This document shows positions 36,002 through 45,424 of a DNA stretch of 64,000 bases, one piece after another. The position numbers were made by a program, and so were the translations under genes. Under the pieces are notes generated by a model, which saw only the letters and a program-made list of their open reading frames with translations, had not been told where the DNA came from and did not search any database. The stretch covers positions 189 to 64,188 of the forward strand of contig JADGBR010000004.1 of NCBI GenBank assembly GCA_015231405.1, written 5' to 3'. This DNA is from Candidatus Omnitrophota bacterium (GTDB taxonomy: Bacteria; Omnitrophota; Gorgyraeia; Tantalellales; Tantalellaceae). Position 1 is the first letter of the stretch. Every line of letters starts with the position of its first letter.

Positions 36002-37044
36002 AATTCTATCTGCTCATCCTTCATGAAATCCCTTTTAGCGCTCTTCCCTATGACCGTATCCCAGGCCACCGGTGATAATCCCGTACCCGGCCGTTTGACC
36101 GTTATATTGGAATTCGCGAATATCTCATTCTTCTTAATATCTTTCGCGGCCACTATGCTTTTCCTGGCATGGGACTTATTAAGAAGTTCTCCCCGTGTAG
36201 ACCGTTTCACGCCATCTCCTATTGCTTTTTCGATATTCCTGATGGATCGGACGAGGGCCCCCAACTCTTTCTGGTCAAGCGAAGCTTTGTGATCGGGCCC
36301 CTTCATTTTTTTATCGAACGTAAAATGCTTTTCTATTACTTCCGCCCCAAGAGCTACTGCGGCTACTGACGCCTCCAGCCCAAGAGTATGGTCGGAAAAC
36401 CCTACTTTGACCCCGAAAACATCCCGCATAGTGAGCATTGCCTTAAGATCAAGCTCGTTAAAAGGAGCGGGATATTCCGTTCGGCAATGCAGCAGTGTTA
36501 TGTCTTTTCTGGCAGTCCCCGCGAATGTGAGGACATCCATAGCGGCTTTTATCTCGCCCATATCCGCCATCCCGGTCGACATTATGATCTTTTTCCCTAA
36601 TTTCCCGACCGCGCGAAGAAGAGGGAGATCGGTTATCTCGCCGGAAGGTATCTTGATAACCTCTAGACCCTGAGAAATAAGCATGGCCAAACTGTCAGTA
36701 TCAAAAGGCGCGGCCAGGAACATGATCTTTTTACGGTCACAATATTTTTTCAGCGCCGCGAACTCCGATCGGCCGAACTCGTACTTTTTGAGCATATCAA
36801 GCTGCGAAATGGCTTTACCGACCGTTTTTGTCTGATACGGCGCCTTGGATGCGGACGATGTTACTATTCTCGAGGCAATGAACGCCTGGAATTTGACCGC
36901 GTCCGCTCCGCTTTCCGCGGCGATATCTATCATACGTTTCGCGAGAGCTAAATCCCCGTTATGGTTTATCCCGGCTTCGGCTATAATAAAGACCTTTTTC
37001 ACCCCGCACCCTCTCCCGTCATCGTACTTTTTCATTATCAGCAA
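35998..37044 (-). CDS. neuB: Nonulosonic acid synthase (NeuB/LegI)
   Basis: IIAEAGINHNG, KIPSGEIT, SDHTLG, IEKHFT, GPDH, C-terminal SAF domain (KRPGTG); likely start GTG 37002. Confidence 0.95.
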   Translation of the reverse strand: MLIMKKYDDGRGCGVKKVFIIAEAGINHNGDLALAKRMIDIAAESGADAVKFQAFIASRIVTSSASKAPYQTKTVGKAISQLDMLKKYEFGRSEFAALKKYCDRKKIMFLAAPFDTDSLAMLISQGLEVIKIPSGEITDLPLLRAVGKLGKKIIMSTGMADMGEIKAAMDVLTFAGTARKDITLLHCRTEYPAPFNELDLKAMLTMRDVFGVKVGFSDHTLGLEASVAAVALGAEVIEKHFTFDKKMKGPDHKASLDQKELGALVRSIRNIEKAIGDGVKRSTRGELLNKSHARKSIVAAKDIKKNEIFANSNITVKRPGTGLSPVAWDTVIGKSAKRDFMKDEQIEL

Positions 37045-37633
37045 CGTTCTTCGACACGATCGCCCCGGCGTTTATGAAACAATCCGTTCCTATTTTCACG
37101 TTCTGCACGATTATTGCCCCCGCCCCGATATGTGTCCTTGCCCCGACATTCACGCCCCCGCATAGTATCGCCCCCGGTGAAACATGGACAAAATCGGCTA
37201 TTACCGAGTCATGGTCTACCGAGGCCGATGTGTTAATTATCGCGTTACGGCCTACTACCGTTCCCGTGACCACCGTGGCCGAAGCGGCTATGAAAGACCC
37301 TTCACCTATACGAGCGTCCGCTGAAACATTGGCTTTAGGATGCATAATGAAGGGGAATCCGTAGCCTATCGCCCTGGCCAATTCATAAAGTTTTATACGT
37401 ATGCCGGGATCTCCTATCGACCCCTTAGTGATAAACGCGTTCCTGACACCGCTGGCATACACTTCTTTTAAAATATCATCGTTCCCAAGCACGGATATCC
37501 CTTTTATACTGACCCCGGCGGCAATCCCGGGATCAATTATGCCGAATATCTCGAATTCTCCCGACGTGGCAATCGCGTCTATCACCACACCCGCATGTCC
37601 GCCTCCGCCTATCAGAACTATTTTTTTACTCAT
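37019..37633 (-). CDS. NeuD/PglD/LegH family sugar acetyltransferase
   Basis: GGGGHA, IINTSASVDHD, hexapeptide repeats. Confidence 0.92.
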   Translation of the reverse strand: MSKKIVLIGGGGHAGVVIDAIATSGEFEIFGIIDPGIAAGVSIKGISVLGNDDILKEVYASGVRNAFITKGSIGDPGIRIKLYELARAIGYGFPFIMHPKANVSADARIGEGSFIAASATVVTGTVVGRNAIINTSASVDHDSVIADFVHVSPGAILCGGVNVGARTHIGAGAIIVQNVKIGTDCFINAGAIVSKNVADNEKVR

Positions 37634-37637
37634 AAGT

Positions 37638-38726
37638 TCACCCTACGATCTCTTTTAATTTGTGACATACTGCCATTATATCTTTCTCGGTGTTCAAAGT
37701 TGATCCCGGGAGACATATTCCGCTATCGAATATCATGTAAGCGTTACTGTAACAGCTTTTATCCTCTTCTTTGTATGGCGGGAATTCGATGAGCGGCGTG
37801 AACACCCTCCTCGTCGGGATATTTGACCGTTTCAGCTCATCTATTACGCCTGTAACATCTATCCCCTCACCGAATGAAATACAGCTAAGCCAATATGAAC
37901 TTCTCGCGCCTTTATATTGTTCCTGGAAAGAGATCCCGTCTACCCCGGAGAGCTCCGCACGATAGATATCGTTAAACCGCCTTTTAAGGGCAAGGAATTC
38001 CCCGACCCGTTCTAGTTGCGCGAGGCCCAGCGAAGCCGCGATATTACTAAGCCTCAAATTATATCCGACCTCTGAATGGAAATAAAAAGCCCCCTCTTCC
38101 CTAGCCTGGTTAACAAGAAAACGTATATGTCCTATCTTATTGGGATCTTTCCCTGATATCATACCTCCGTTCCCGGTTGTGATGAGTTTATTCCCGTTAA
38201 AACTAAAACACCCAAATTCGCCTAAAGTTCCGGTCAGCTTCCCTTTATATTCGGCGCCAAGGCTTTCCGAAGCGTCTTCGATCACCGGAACACCGTGTTT
38301 TTCGCCAATATCAAGCAACTTGTCCATATCGCAGGGGTTCCCATAAAGATGGACAGGGATGATCGCCTTTGTCCTTGCCGTTATCTTAGAAGCGACAAGC
38401 TCAGGTATCATGTTCCAGGTCTTTTCGTCGATATCGACAAAAACCGGTTTAGCCCCGACATAACTGACGGGATATACCGTCCCCACAAAGGTTATGACAG
38501 GAACGATGACCTCATCGCCTTTCGATACCCCGAGCTCGTGAAGGGCCATATGCAAGGCTGACGTCCCGCTCTGACATGAAACACAGGGACCCGCTGCCAG
38601 AAAAGAAGCGAACCTTTTCTCGAACTCGTTCACAAAAGGGCCTATCGACGAAACATATCCCTCGTCTATGGCCTTACACAGATATTCTTTCTCAACGCCT
38701 TTCAAATTCGGAGCGTCCAGGAACAA
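37638..38726 (-). CDS. legC: DegT/LegC family PLP aminotransferase
   Basis: VSSIGPFV..FE, SGTSALH, EDASESLG, FSFNGNKLITTG. Confidence 0.88.
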   Translation of the reverse strand: MFLDAPNLKGVEKEYLCKAIDEGYVSSIGPFVNEFEKRFASFLAAGPCVSCQSGTSALHMALHELGVSKGDEVIVPVITFVGTVYPVSYVGAKPVFVDIDEKTWNMIPELVASKITARTKAIIPVHLYGNPCDMDKLLDIGEKHGVPVIEDASESLGAEYKGKLTGTLGEFGCFSFNGNKLITTGNGGMISGKDPNKIGHIRFLVNQAREEGAFYFHSEVGYNLRLSNIAASLGLAQLERVGEFLALKRRFNDIYRAELSGVDGISFQEQYKGARSSYWLSCISFGEGIDVTGVIDELKRSNIPTRRVFTPLIEFPPYKEEDKSCYSNAYMIFDSGICLPGSTLNTEKDIMAVCHKLKEIVG

Positions 38727-38738
38727 TTTACCCCTCCC

Positions 38739-39713
38739 CTAAAGAACAAAACAACTTTTCTTGAAGTCGACTATCTTTTTAAGCAGATCCCTCGAATCCC
38801 CTAAATTCAAAGTACTTTTAACACCTTTGACGCCTATATGATCGAAAAAGTATTTGAGCTGGTCCAGATACATATTGTTTACCCCAGGATCGACGACCGA
38901 GACATTCTTCCCTTTCCCCGAACACACTGTCACCTTGTTATTAAAGAAATCGCCAATGATATACCCGTCTTCATGATCGACTATAAGCTTCCGCTCTTTA
39001 AAATGGCTCAGATAATTCAGATGCATGATCCCCTTAACCCCGTTCTCGAGGGAGAACACTATATCCGCGTAATCCTCCGTATCGACGGTGATATCCGCCA
39101 TCCGGCCGCAAGAGCCGGACAAACATTTTATCGGTGAAAAGAGATACTCCAGATAATCCAGCTCATGAGAAAGATCAAGGATAACTCCACCACCCATATT
39201 CCTATTAGAAGAATAACTCCTGCGCCAATCGCTCATCGATCTCCATTCAGGGAGATAAGAAGACGAGACCGACCTGACATGCAATACTTTAACCCCGTTC
39301 AATAATCCCTTAAGTTTATCCATTACGGGATGGAACCTCATGCAATAAGCTACATAAGCCGTCAGACCTTTCTTGTCGCATATCTTTTCAAGTTCTTCCA
39401 CTCCTTCCATTGAATTCGACAAAGGTTTTTCAATAAAAAGATGCATCCCGCGCTTGGCGCACTCCAAAGCCGTTCCCATATGCATCCCCGTGGGATTTGT
39501 TATAAAAGCGATATCCGGCCTTATCTTTTCGACACTATTCCAGTCAAATATCTCTTGAATATCAAGATCGTTCTTTTCGCGGTCCGAAGAGCTCCGGAAA
39601 GCGAAAAGCTGATGCCCATAATTATCCGCGATGAGTTTCGCGTGCCTGGCCCCTATGGCCCCCAACCCAAAAAATATGATCTTCATCCGTTCACCATGCG
39701 GTATATCCCCCAT
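38739..39713 (-). CDS. Gfo/Idh/MocA family oxidoreductase (PtmF/ElaA-like)
   Basis: GLGAIG, IEKP, GGGVILDLSHELDY. Confidence 0.9.
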   Translation of the reverse strand: MGDIPHGERMKIIFFGLGAIGARHAKLIADNYGHQLFAFRSSSDREKNDLDIQEIFDWNSVEKIRPDIAFITNPTGMHMGTALECAKRGMHLFIEKPLSNSMEGVEELEKICDKKGLTAYVAYCMRFHPVMDKLKGLLNGVKVLHVRSVSSSYLPEWRSMSDWRRSYSSNRNMGGGVILDLSHELDYLEYLFSPIKCLSGSCGRMADITVDTEDYADIVFSLENGVKGIMHLNYLSHFKERKLIVDHEDGYIIGDFFNNKVTVCSGKGKNVSVVDPGVNNMYLDQLKYFFDHIGVKGVKSTLNLGDSRDLLKKIVDFKKSCFVL

Positions 39714-40497
39714 CTACAACTATCTGGGTGCCTGTGACATACGCTGACAGGTCACTTGCCAGATAAGCTACGGCGCCTTTAAGGTCTTCCTCGACGGCCA
39801 TTCTCCCGAGCGGAGTTCTTTCATTATATCTCTCGTGAAATCTCACGTCCTGCCCGCGCCATACGCCTCCGGAAACTATCGAATTCACCCTTACTTCCGG
39901 TGCCAGCGTAGTAGCGAGATATCGCGCCAATTGCGTAAGTCCGGCCTTGGACACGCCATAAGCCGCCGGGCTTGTCATCCTGGTCCCTTCGTATAATCTA
40001 TTATCAGGAGCGATAGCTCCGTGTATCGATGAGATCAGAATTACCGAACTCTTCTTTGACTTTTTTAAAAACGGCTCCGCTTCCTGAGCGATAATAAAAG
40101 CCGAGCTCAGATTGACCTTCATGGCTTTATCCCACGCCACCAAAGTCTGCTCCTTGAACGGCACACCCCATCCGGGAAGGTCCGTAGTCCCTACCAAAGC
40201 GGCCGAGTGGACTATGATATCTATCCCTCCCAACGTTTCGGCCGTTCTCCTCACCCCAAGCCTTACCGCGCTCTCATCCTCTAGATCTACGGCGAACGGA
40301 CAAGCCCTGGCGCCATATCCGCTGGAATTAAGATCCTCGCATCTGGCGCGGCACACCCCGTCCGCGATGTCCCAAACAACCGTCTTCGCCCCGAGTTCCA
40401 TGAGCGCTTCCAGAACAGCCAGCCCGATATGCCCCGCGCCTCCCGTAACAAGCGCCGTTCTGCCGGAAAGATCCATCAGCTCTTTGATCTTCTTCAT
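39691..40497 (-). CDS. SDR oxidoreductase (PtmA/ElaC-like)
   Basis: TGGAGHIG, YGVSK, PLGRMA, VDGG. Confidence 0.9.
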   Translation of the reverse strand: MKKIKELMDLSGRTALVTGGAGHIGLAVLEALMELGAKTVVWDIADGVCRARCEDLNSSGYGARACPFAVDLEDESAVRLGVRRTAETLGGIDIIVHSAALVGTTDLPGWGVPFKEQTLVAWDKAMKVNLSSAFIIAQEAEPFLKKSKKSSVILISSIHGAIAPDNRLYEGTRMTSPAAYGVSKAGLTQLARYLATTLAPEVRVNSIVSGGVWRGQDVRFHERYNERTPLGRMAVEEDLKGAVAYLASDLSAYVTGTQIVVDGGYTAW

Positions 40498-40498
40498 A

Positions 40499-41212
40499 TC
40501 AACCGTTCCTTTTTTTGAAAAGATATTCGGCTATCCCTAGGTCTTCTTCCGTATCGATATCCATAGCCCTCTCTTCGGGAACCTCGACCGTCTTCACCTT
40601 CAGGTCAAACAACGACGTCATTCTGAACATCCGTTCGGTGACGCGCACAGCGTAAGCGACCGTCGTAATATCAAAGACCTCTGGAGACTCCTGCCGCCTC
40701 AACACTTTCCCGGCTGGCGGGATCACGAGCGTCGCGTCCCCGTTATCAACGATCTTAACCATATTGAAGAACGGACTTTTCTTTGATCTTGTTACGGTTA
40801 TCACTATATCCGCGTCACTCGCAAGAAGTCTTTCGACACAATTCTCAATATCCACAGGTTTCCGTAGCGGCGAAGTGGCCGGGATCGAGACCAGAATATC
40901 GACATCCCTACCGGTTATTTCCTTCATCGCCGTGACTGCGTGTTTCCAGGATAGCACTTCCGGAGAATCGTCCGAAGCGAGATATGCCGGCCTCATGAAA
41001 GGCACATCAGCCCCGGCCTTACGGGAGATCTCCGCTATCCTTTCATCATCCGTAGATACGATCACACGGTCCAGAAGATCGACCTTCTTCGCGCACTCTA
41101 TAGCGTGGGCTATTAGCGGTTTACCTGCAAAATCCCGGATATTCTTACCCGGCACGGTCTTGGACCCGCCCCTGGCGAAGATCGCGCCTAATATGTACGG
41201 CTTAGTCGTCAT
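40499..41212 (-). CDS. neuA: Acylneuraminate/legionaminate cytidylyltransferase (NeuA/LegF)
   Basis: ARGGSK..PGKN, VSTDD, TSPLR, RRQ, DIDT..D. Confidence 0.9.
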   Translation of the reverse strand: MTTKPYILGAIFARGGSKTVPGKNIRDFAGKPLIAHAIECAKKVDLLDRVIVSTDDERIAEISRKAGADVPFMRPAYLASDDSPEVLSWKHAVTAMKEITGRDVDILVSIPATSPLRKPVDIENCVERLLASDADIVITVTRSKKSPFFNMVKIVDNGDATLVIPPAGKVLRRQESPEVFDITTVAYAVRVTERMFRMTSLFDLKVKTVEVPEERAMDIDTEEDLGIAEYLFKKRNG

Positions 41213-41979
41213 AAAGACCCTGTCAATCGGATATATTCCTTTGCCGATTCGTAGACCATAGCGGATATAAAATTAATGAACGGTTTATCATCCTTCTCAT
41301 GGCTTTGCGCTTTTTTAATGGCGTCGATATAGTCATTTCTCAGGATAGGCGGGATAATAGTTACAACATATCCTGTCTGCAAAAGCGCGAGATTCATAAG
41401 AAGCCGCGCCGTCCTCCCATTACCATCGACAAAAGGATGTATCGCTACAAGCTCTTTATGCAGACGCGCCGAAAATTCCACGGGATGATATTTTTTGCGC
41501 ATAGAAGCGATACTGCCGGTGAATTTTTTCATAAGAGCGGGGACTTCCGCGTGACTTGGCGGGATATAACTTGATCCTGTTATGAGTACGTTAACATTAC
41601 GGTATTTTCCGGCTTCCTTCTCATCCACGCGATAATAAAACAGATGATGAAGCCTCAAAACATCGTCTTCCGTTATTTCGCTGTTTTTCGCCAGGTCATA
41701 CAAAAAAGAGAACGCCTCACTATGACCCATCGCCTCGTAATGGTCTTTTAACGGCTTACCACCCACGGTTATCCCGTCCTCAATAACGATCTTTGTCTCA
41801 GTTTCGGTAAGCGAGTTCCCCTCGATAGCGTTCGAGGAATATGTCAGTCCTATACGGTAATACTCTTTAAGCTGTTTTAACGCGTTCAGAGACAATGGCC
41901 TCTCAGCATCGATCTTCGTTTTAAGCCCGTCTATCTCACTGATCCGATTTTCGTATTTGATCATACTATCCCCTTTCAC
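41209..41979 (-). CDS. Fic family protein (class II, intact active site)
   Basis: HPFVDGNGRTAR catalytic motif; N-terminal inhibitory SNAIEGN. Confidence 0.95.
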   Translation of the reverse strand: MKGDSMIKYENRISEIDGLKTKIDAERPLSLNALKQLKEYYRIGLTYSSNAIEGNSLTETETKIVIEDGITVGGKPLKDHYEAMGHSEAFSFLYDLAKNSEITEDDVLRLHHLFYYRVDEKEAGKYRNVNVLITGSSYIPPSHAEVPALMKKFTGSIASMRKKYHPVEFSARLHKELVAIHPFVDGNGRTARLLMNLALLQTGYVVTIIPPILRNDYIDAIKKAQSHEKDDKPFINFISAMVYESAKEYIRLTGSL

Positions 41980-41988
41980 TTAGGCCAC

Positions 41989-43356
41989 TTAGTCACCAGA
42001 CAACGCCTCCCAATACCCGCCTTTATCAGGGCCAACCCTCTTAATACGTCCCGAATACTTTAACTTCCTCAGATTCCACTCGACTCCGCGGCGCGTAAGA
42101 CCTGTCTTATCCATGATACGCTTTTGTGTGATACGTGGATCATCCTTAATAAGATCGAATATTATCTCCACAGTTTTCTCCACAGTTTTCTCCACAGCCT
42201 TATTTATTCCTATTCCCGGTCCCGCGTCATCTTCCCATTTTGGACGGTAGAAAACCACGACAAAGCCCGTCTTAAGGCGTTTGAACTCTACCTTGATCCC
42301 GGCAGAGACACATTCATCATGGATACGTTTTATACCGCTCCCCCAACGCTCTATATCCTTGGATTTATACATCGTTTCGGCGATCAAAGGATTGCGTAAG
42401 ATTGAATGTTCATTACCGAAAAAGAAATCCTCCGGATCGATCTCATCCGGAAAAAGACCGGGATTATAGATCTCAATACGGTCCCTGAAGATCGCCACCT
42501 CATTCCCCTTAGGGTTGGAATAATCCCGATGGCACAAAGAATTCCCGATAGCTTCACGGACAGCCTCAACAGGGATCTCAGGAATTTCCTTGCGTGGCCC
42601 TGTTTTTATTTCAGCCCGCCACTTCATATTCCCGTTAACGTAGACCTCGGCTTGCTGACGCAAACTAAAGAGATTCCCTTTGAACGATTTGATATCCAAA
42701 AACGTTACTTTGTCTGTCCCGGCAAAGATCGCGGCCTGAACTTCCAGTGTATTGTCGTCACAAAATAAAGTTTCAGCAGCATGCAACAAACGATTCCCAT
42801 TCAACAAATGCAATTTATGCAATGTCGTTTTTACATCAACGAAATCGAAATCTACACGCTTGGCCGTCTTTGCTTTACGCATAAACTCCTTAACGGCTTC
42901 TTCGTTAACATCGTTAATCGTCTTTTCGGATATCTCCCTCTCCCAAAGCAACTTCTTCTTGCCTAAAAAGAGCTTCTCGATCTCGCGAACGCTCAAAGCC
43001 TTATCCGACTCACCGACACGAATATATGCCCTGCCGTATGCAAAATACGGGTTATCGGTGCCATGGGCCTCGACCACGACGCACTCTTTGCCATCAATAT
43101 TACGATGGTCGACCTTAGGGAAAACCCTTGGCTCTGTATTATCGACGACCGCCTGCGTTACGTCCTTGATCGTATTGCGCCCGACCATCTGCCCCAGGAC
43201 CGTGCCATCGTCCGCGATCCCAAAATATACCTCCGCCCGTCCGCGCTTATTAAGCATCGCAACGACAGATATAACCGCTTCTTTAAGTTCCGAGGTCGAT
43301 TTTTTAAATTCTATTGTTTCCGATTCTTTAAAGATCATTATATTCGTCTCCAGCAA
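41989..43356 (-). CDS. AlbA_2 (Schlafen-like) + HATPase_c_4 + C-terminal winged-HTH protein
   Basis: ESETIEFK, AMLN..G, FGIADDG; REAIGNSLCHRDY, RNPLIA, E.WGSGI; RVGPDKGGYW. Confidence 0.9.
   Translation of the reverse strand: MLETNIMIFKESETIEFKKSTSELKEAVISVVAMLNKRGRAEVYFGIADDGTVLGQMVGRNTIKDVTQAVVDNTEPRVFPKVDHRNIDGKECVVVEAHGTDNPYFAYGRAYIRVGESDKALSVREIEKLFLGKKKLLWEREISEKTINDVNEEAVKEFMRKAKTAKRVDFDFVDVKTTLHKLHLLNGNRLLHAAETLFCDDNTLEVQAAIFAGTDKVTFLDIKSFKGNLFSLRQQAEVYVNGNMKWRAEIKTGPRKEIPEIPVEAVREAIGNSLCHRDYSNPKGNEVAIFRDRIEIYNPGLFPDEIDPEDFFFGNEHSILRNPLIAETMYKSKDIERWGSGIKRIHDECVSAGIKVEFKRLKTGFVVVFYRPKWEDDAGPGIGINKAVEKTVEKTVEIIFDLIKDDPRITQKRIMDKTGLTRRGVEWNLRKLKYSGRIKRVGPDKGGYWEALSGD
42165..42197. repeat. 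In-frame 12-bp tandem repeat (TCTCCACAGTTT x2.75) encoding VEKT repeats
   Basis: Read directly; lies in the linker before the HTH. Confidence 0.8.
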
Positions 43357-43411
43357 TATTGCTTCGTGCTTTTCCGTTTAATAAATATCTGCTCTCCGGA
43401 AGAGTTAACTT

Positions 43412-44404
43412 TTATATGACATAGTTCCGGGATCCATATATATTCGGGCATTTCTTCTGATCCCTCTTAAACCAATCTACCGTTATCCTCAGCCCTTCGT
43501 CTATTGACGTCCCAGGGCGCCATCCGGTCAATTTATACAATTTATCGTTCGATCCCACGAGTCTTTCGACTTCGCTCCCTTCCGGTCTAACCCTAACAGG
43601 ATCTTTATTAATGGTTATTTTTCTGCCGATAATCCCCGATATTTTTTCTGCGACCTCTTTTACCGAGTATTCCGACCCGGTGGCTATATTAATAGCTTCA
43701 CCGATGACATTATCGGATGACGCTATCCGGACGAACCCCTCCACTACATCGGCGACGAACACAAGGTCACGCGTAGGCGTAATATTCCCCAGGGATATTT
43801 TATCCGCGCCCGAGAGCGCCTGCGTAATTATAGCGGGTATAACGGCTCTCGCCGACTGCCTCGGCCCGTATGTGTTAAAAGGCCGAACGGTGACGACCGG
43901 CAGGTTAAATGACTTGAAAAAAGCCTCAGACATGGCGTCAGCGGCTATTTTCGTGGCGGAATAGGGTGATTGTCCCTGTTTTGGATGACCCTCATCTATA
44001 GGAACTCGCAACGCGGTCCCGTACACCTCGGAAGTCGAAGTTACGAGGACCCTTTTCACCGACAGCTCACGGGCGGCCTGTAAAACATTGAGCGTACCTT
44101 TAATATTCGTATCCACATAGCTGTCCGTGGCATGATACGAATACGGGATACCTATAAGCGCCGCCAGGTGGAATACCGTATCAATGCCCTTAACTATCTG
44201 CCTCACATGTACTGGATCCCTCACGTCACCCAAAAAGATCTCAATATTATCCTTAATTTCGGTATCGAGAGTATCCAGCCACCCGTTGCTGTTGAAAGAA
44301 TTATAGCAACATAACGCTCGGACTTTCATCCCATCAAGGACCAGCCTTTCCGCTAAATGACTGCCTATAAAACCGTCGGCTCCTGTGACCAATACTTTCC
44401 TCAT
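43412..44404 (-). CDS. legB: NAD-dependent 4,6-dehydratase LegB
   Basis: TGADGFIGSHL, YNSFNS.GWLD, LIGIPYSY, QSPYSATK, NTYGPRQSARA. Confidence 0.9.
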   Translation of the reverse strand: MRKVLVTGADGFIGSHLAERLVLDGMKVRALCCYNSFNSNGWLDTLDTEIKDNIEIFLGDVRDPVHVRQIVKGIDTVFHLAALIGIPYSYHATDSYVDTNIKGTLNVLQAARELSVKRVLVTSTSEVYGTALRVPIDEGHPKQGQSPYSATKIAADAMSEAFFKSFNLPVVTVRPFNTYGPRQSARAVIPAIITQALSGADKISLGNITPTRDLVFVADVVEGFVRIASSDNVIGEAINIATGSEYSVKEVAEKISGIIGRKITINKDPVRVRPEGSEVERLVGSNDKLYKLTGWRPGTSIDEGLRITVDWFKRDQKKCPNIYGSRNYVI

Positions 44405-45420
44405 ACCCCTTCCTTCTTTTGTATCCCGGACAACTTGCCGTTAAAATCATCCCTAGACCTATCGTCCATTTCATAGAAGATCACACAATCTTTACAGGTA
44501 TCAATAGATCCGCGCATGAACTCATTCTGAAGCGCCCTTCTCGCCGGAGACCTGATTATCTCCTTTAACCCAGTCTTCTTGATATCCCCGAGAACAATAC
44601 GGCCATTAAAGTCCTGGCAACATATCACCGCTTTCCCTGAAGGGGAGAAAGTTATCGTTTCAAATATATTAGCGCAATAATCGACGTTTTTTCGAAGCTG
44701 GAACGAATACATATTGGCCCTGCACCGTTCATCCTTAAAATCTCTGTAACGTATCCGCCCTTCTTCCCAGTCAAATACTCCCATGGTTTTACCATAATCG
44801 ACCCGGTCGACATATTTTGACCACAAGCCATTAAATTTCTCGATATCGGTCTCCCTATTAACCATTACTGAGATCGAAATATATGGTTTAATTTTCTGCC
44901 CCGACAGGTATTCCTTAAAAGCTCTGATATTACTGAGTACGACGTCATAGCTGCAGTTCTTTCTGTAATACTCATAGCTTTTTCTATCCCACCCCTCAAT
45001 GGAATATTTTATCCAATCCACCTTTGATAAGGCTTCAAAATGCCGATCAAGGAATTGTGCGTTCGTAGAGATGATCACATGGAACTTTTTGTCTTTTAGA
45101 TAACGTATGTATTTATCGATATTCGGATGGAGCAATGATTCTCCGCTCGCGTACAACCTCGTCTCCTTTATTCCCAGATGATCCGCCTGATCGACCAGAT
45201 CGTAAAAAACCTGATCTTCCATATTAACTCCAGGGCCGGAAGACACCAAAGTCCTGGGGCAAAAAGGGCATTCGGCGTTACATATACTTGTTACGTCTAT
45301 CACTATAGTACTAGGAAAAAACAAACCGCCGAAAAGGCGCTTCTTTATACGATCCCTCACTCCGGCATTCCCGATCTTTTTAACTCTTCTAAGCAAAAAA
45401 TTCTTTAAATATTTTCGCAT
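44401..45420 (-). CDS. Radical SAM protein with SPASM/twitch domain
   Basis: CNAECPFC, SGESLLH, C...ICCQD...CKDC. Confidence 0.9.
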   Translation of the reverse strand: MRKYLKNFLLRRVKKIGNAGVRDRIKKRLFGGLFFPSTIVIDVTSICNAECPFCPRTLVSSGPGVNMEDQVFYDLVDQADHLGIKETRLYASGESLLHPNIDKYIRYLKDKKFHVIISTNAQFLDRHFEALSKVDWIKYSIEGWDRKSYEYYRKNCSYDVVLSNIRAFKEYLSGQKIKPYISISVMVNRETDIEKFNGLWSKYVDRVDYGKTMGVFDWEEGRIRYRDFKDERCRANMYSFQLRKNVDYCANIFETITFSPSGKAVICCQDFNGRIVLGDIKKTGLKEIIRSPARRALQNEFMRGSIDTCKDCVIFYEMDDRSRDDFNGKLSGIQKKEGV

Positions 45421-45424
45421 AATT

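Noticed and set aside
42165-42197. 12-bp tandem repeat as CRISPR or contingency locus
   Set aside because: No spacers, in frame, under three copies; low-complexity linkers are usual in this protein family
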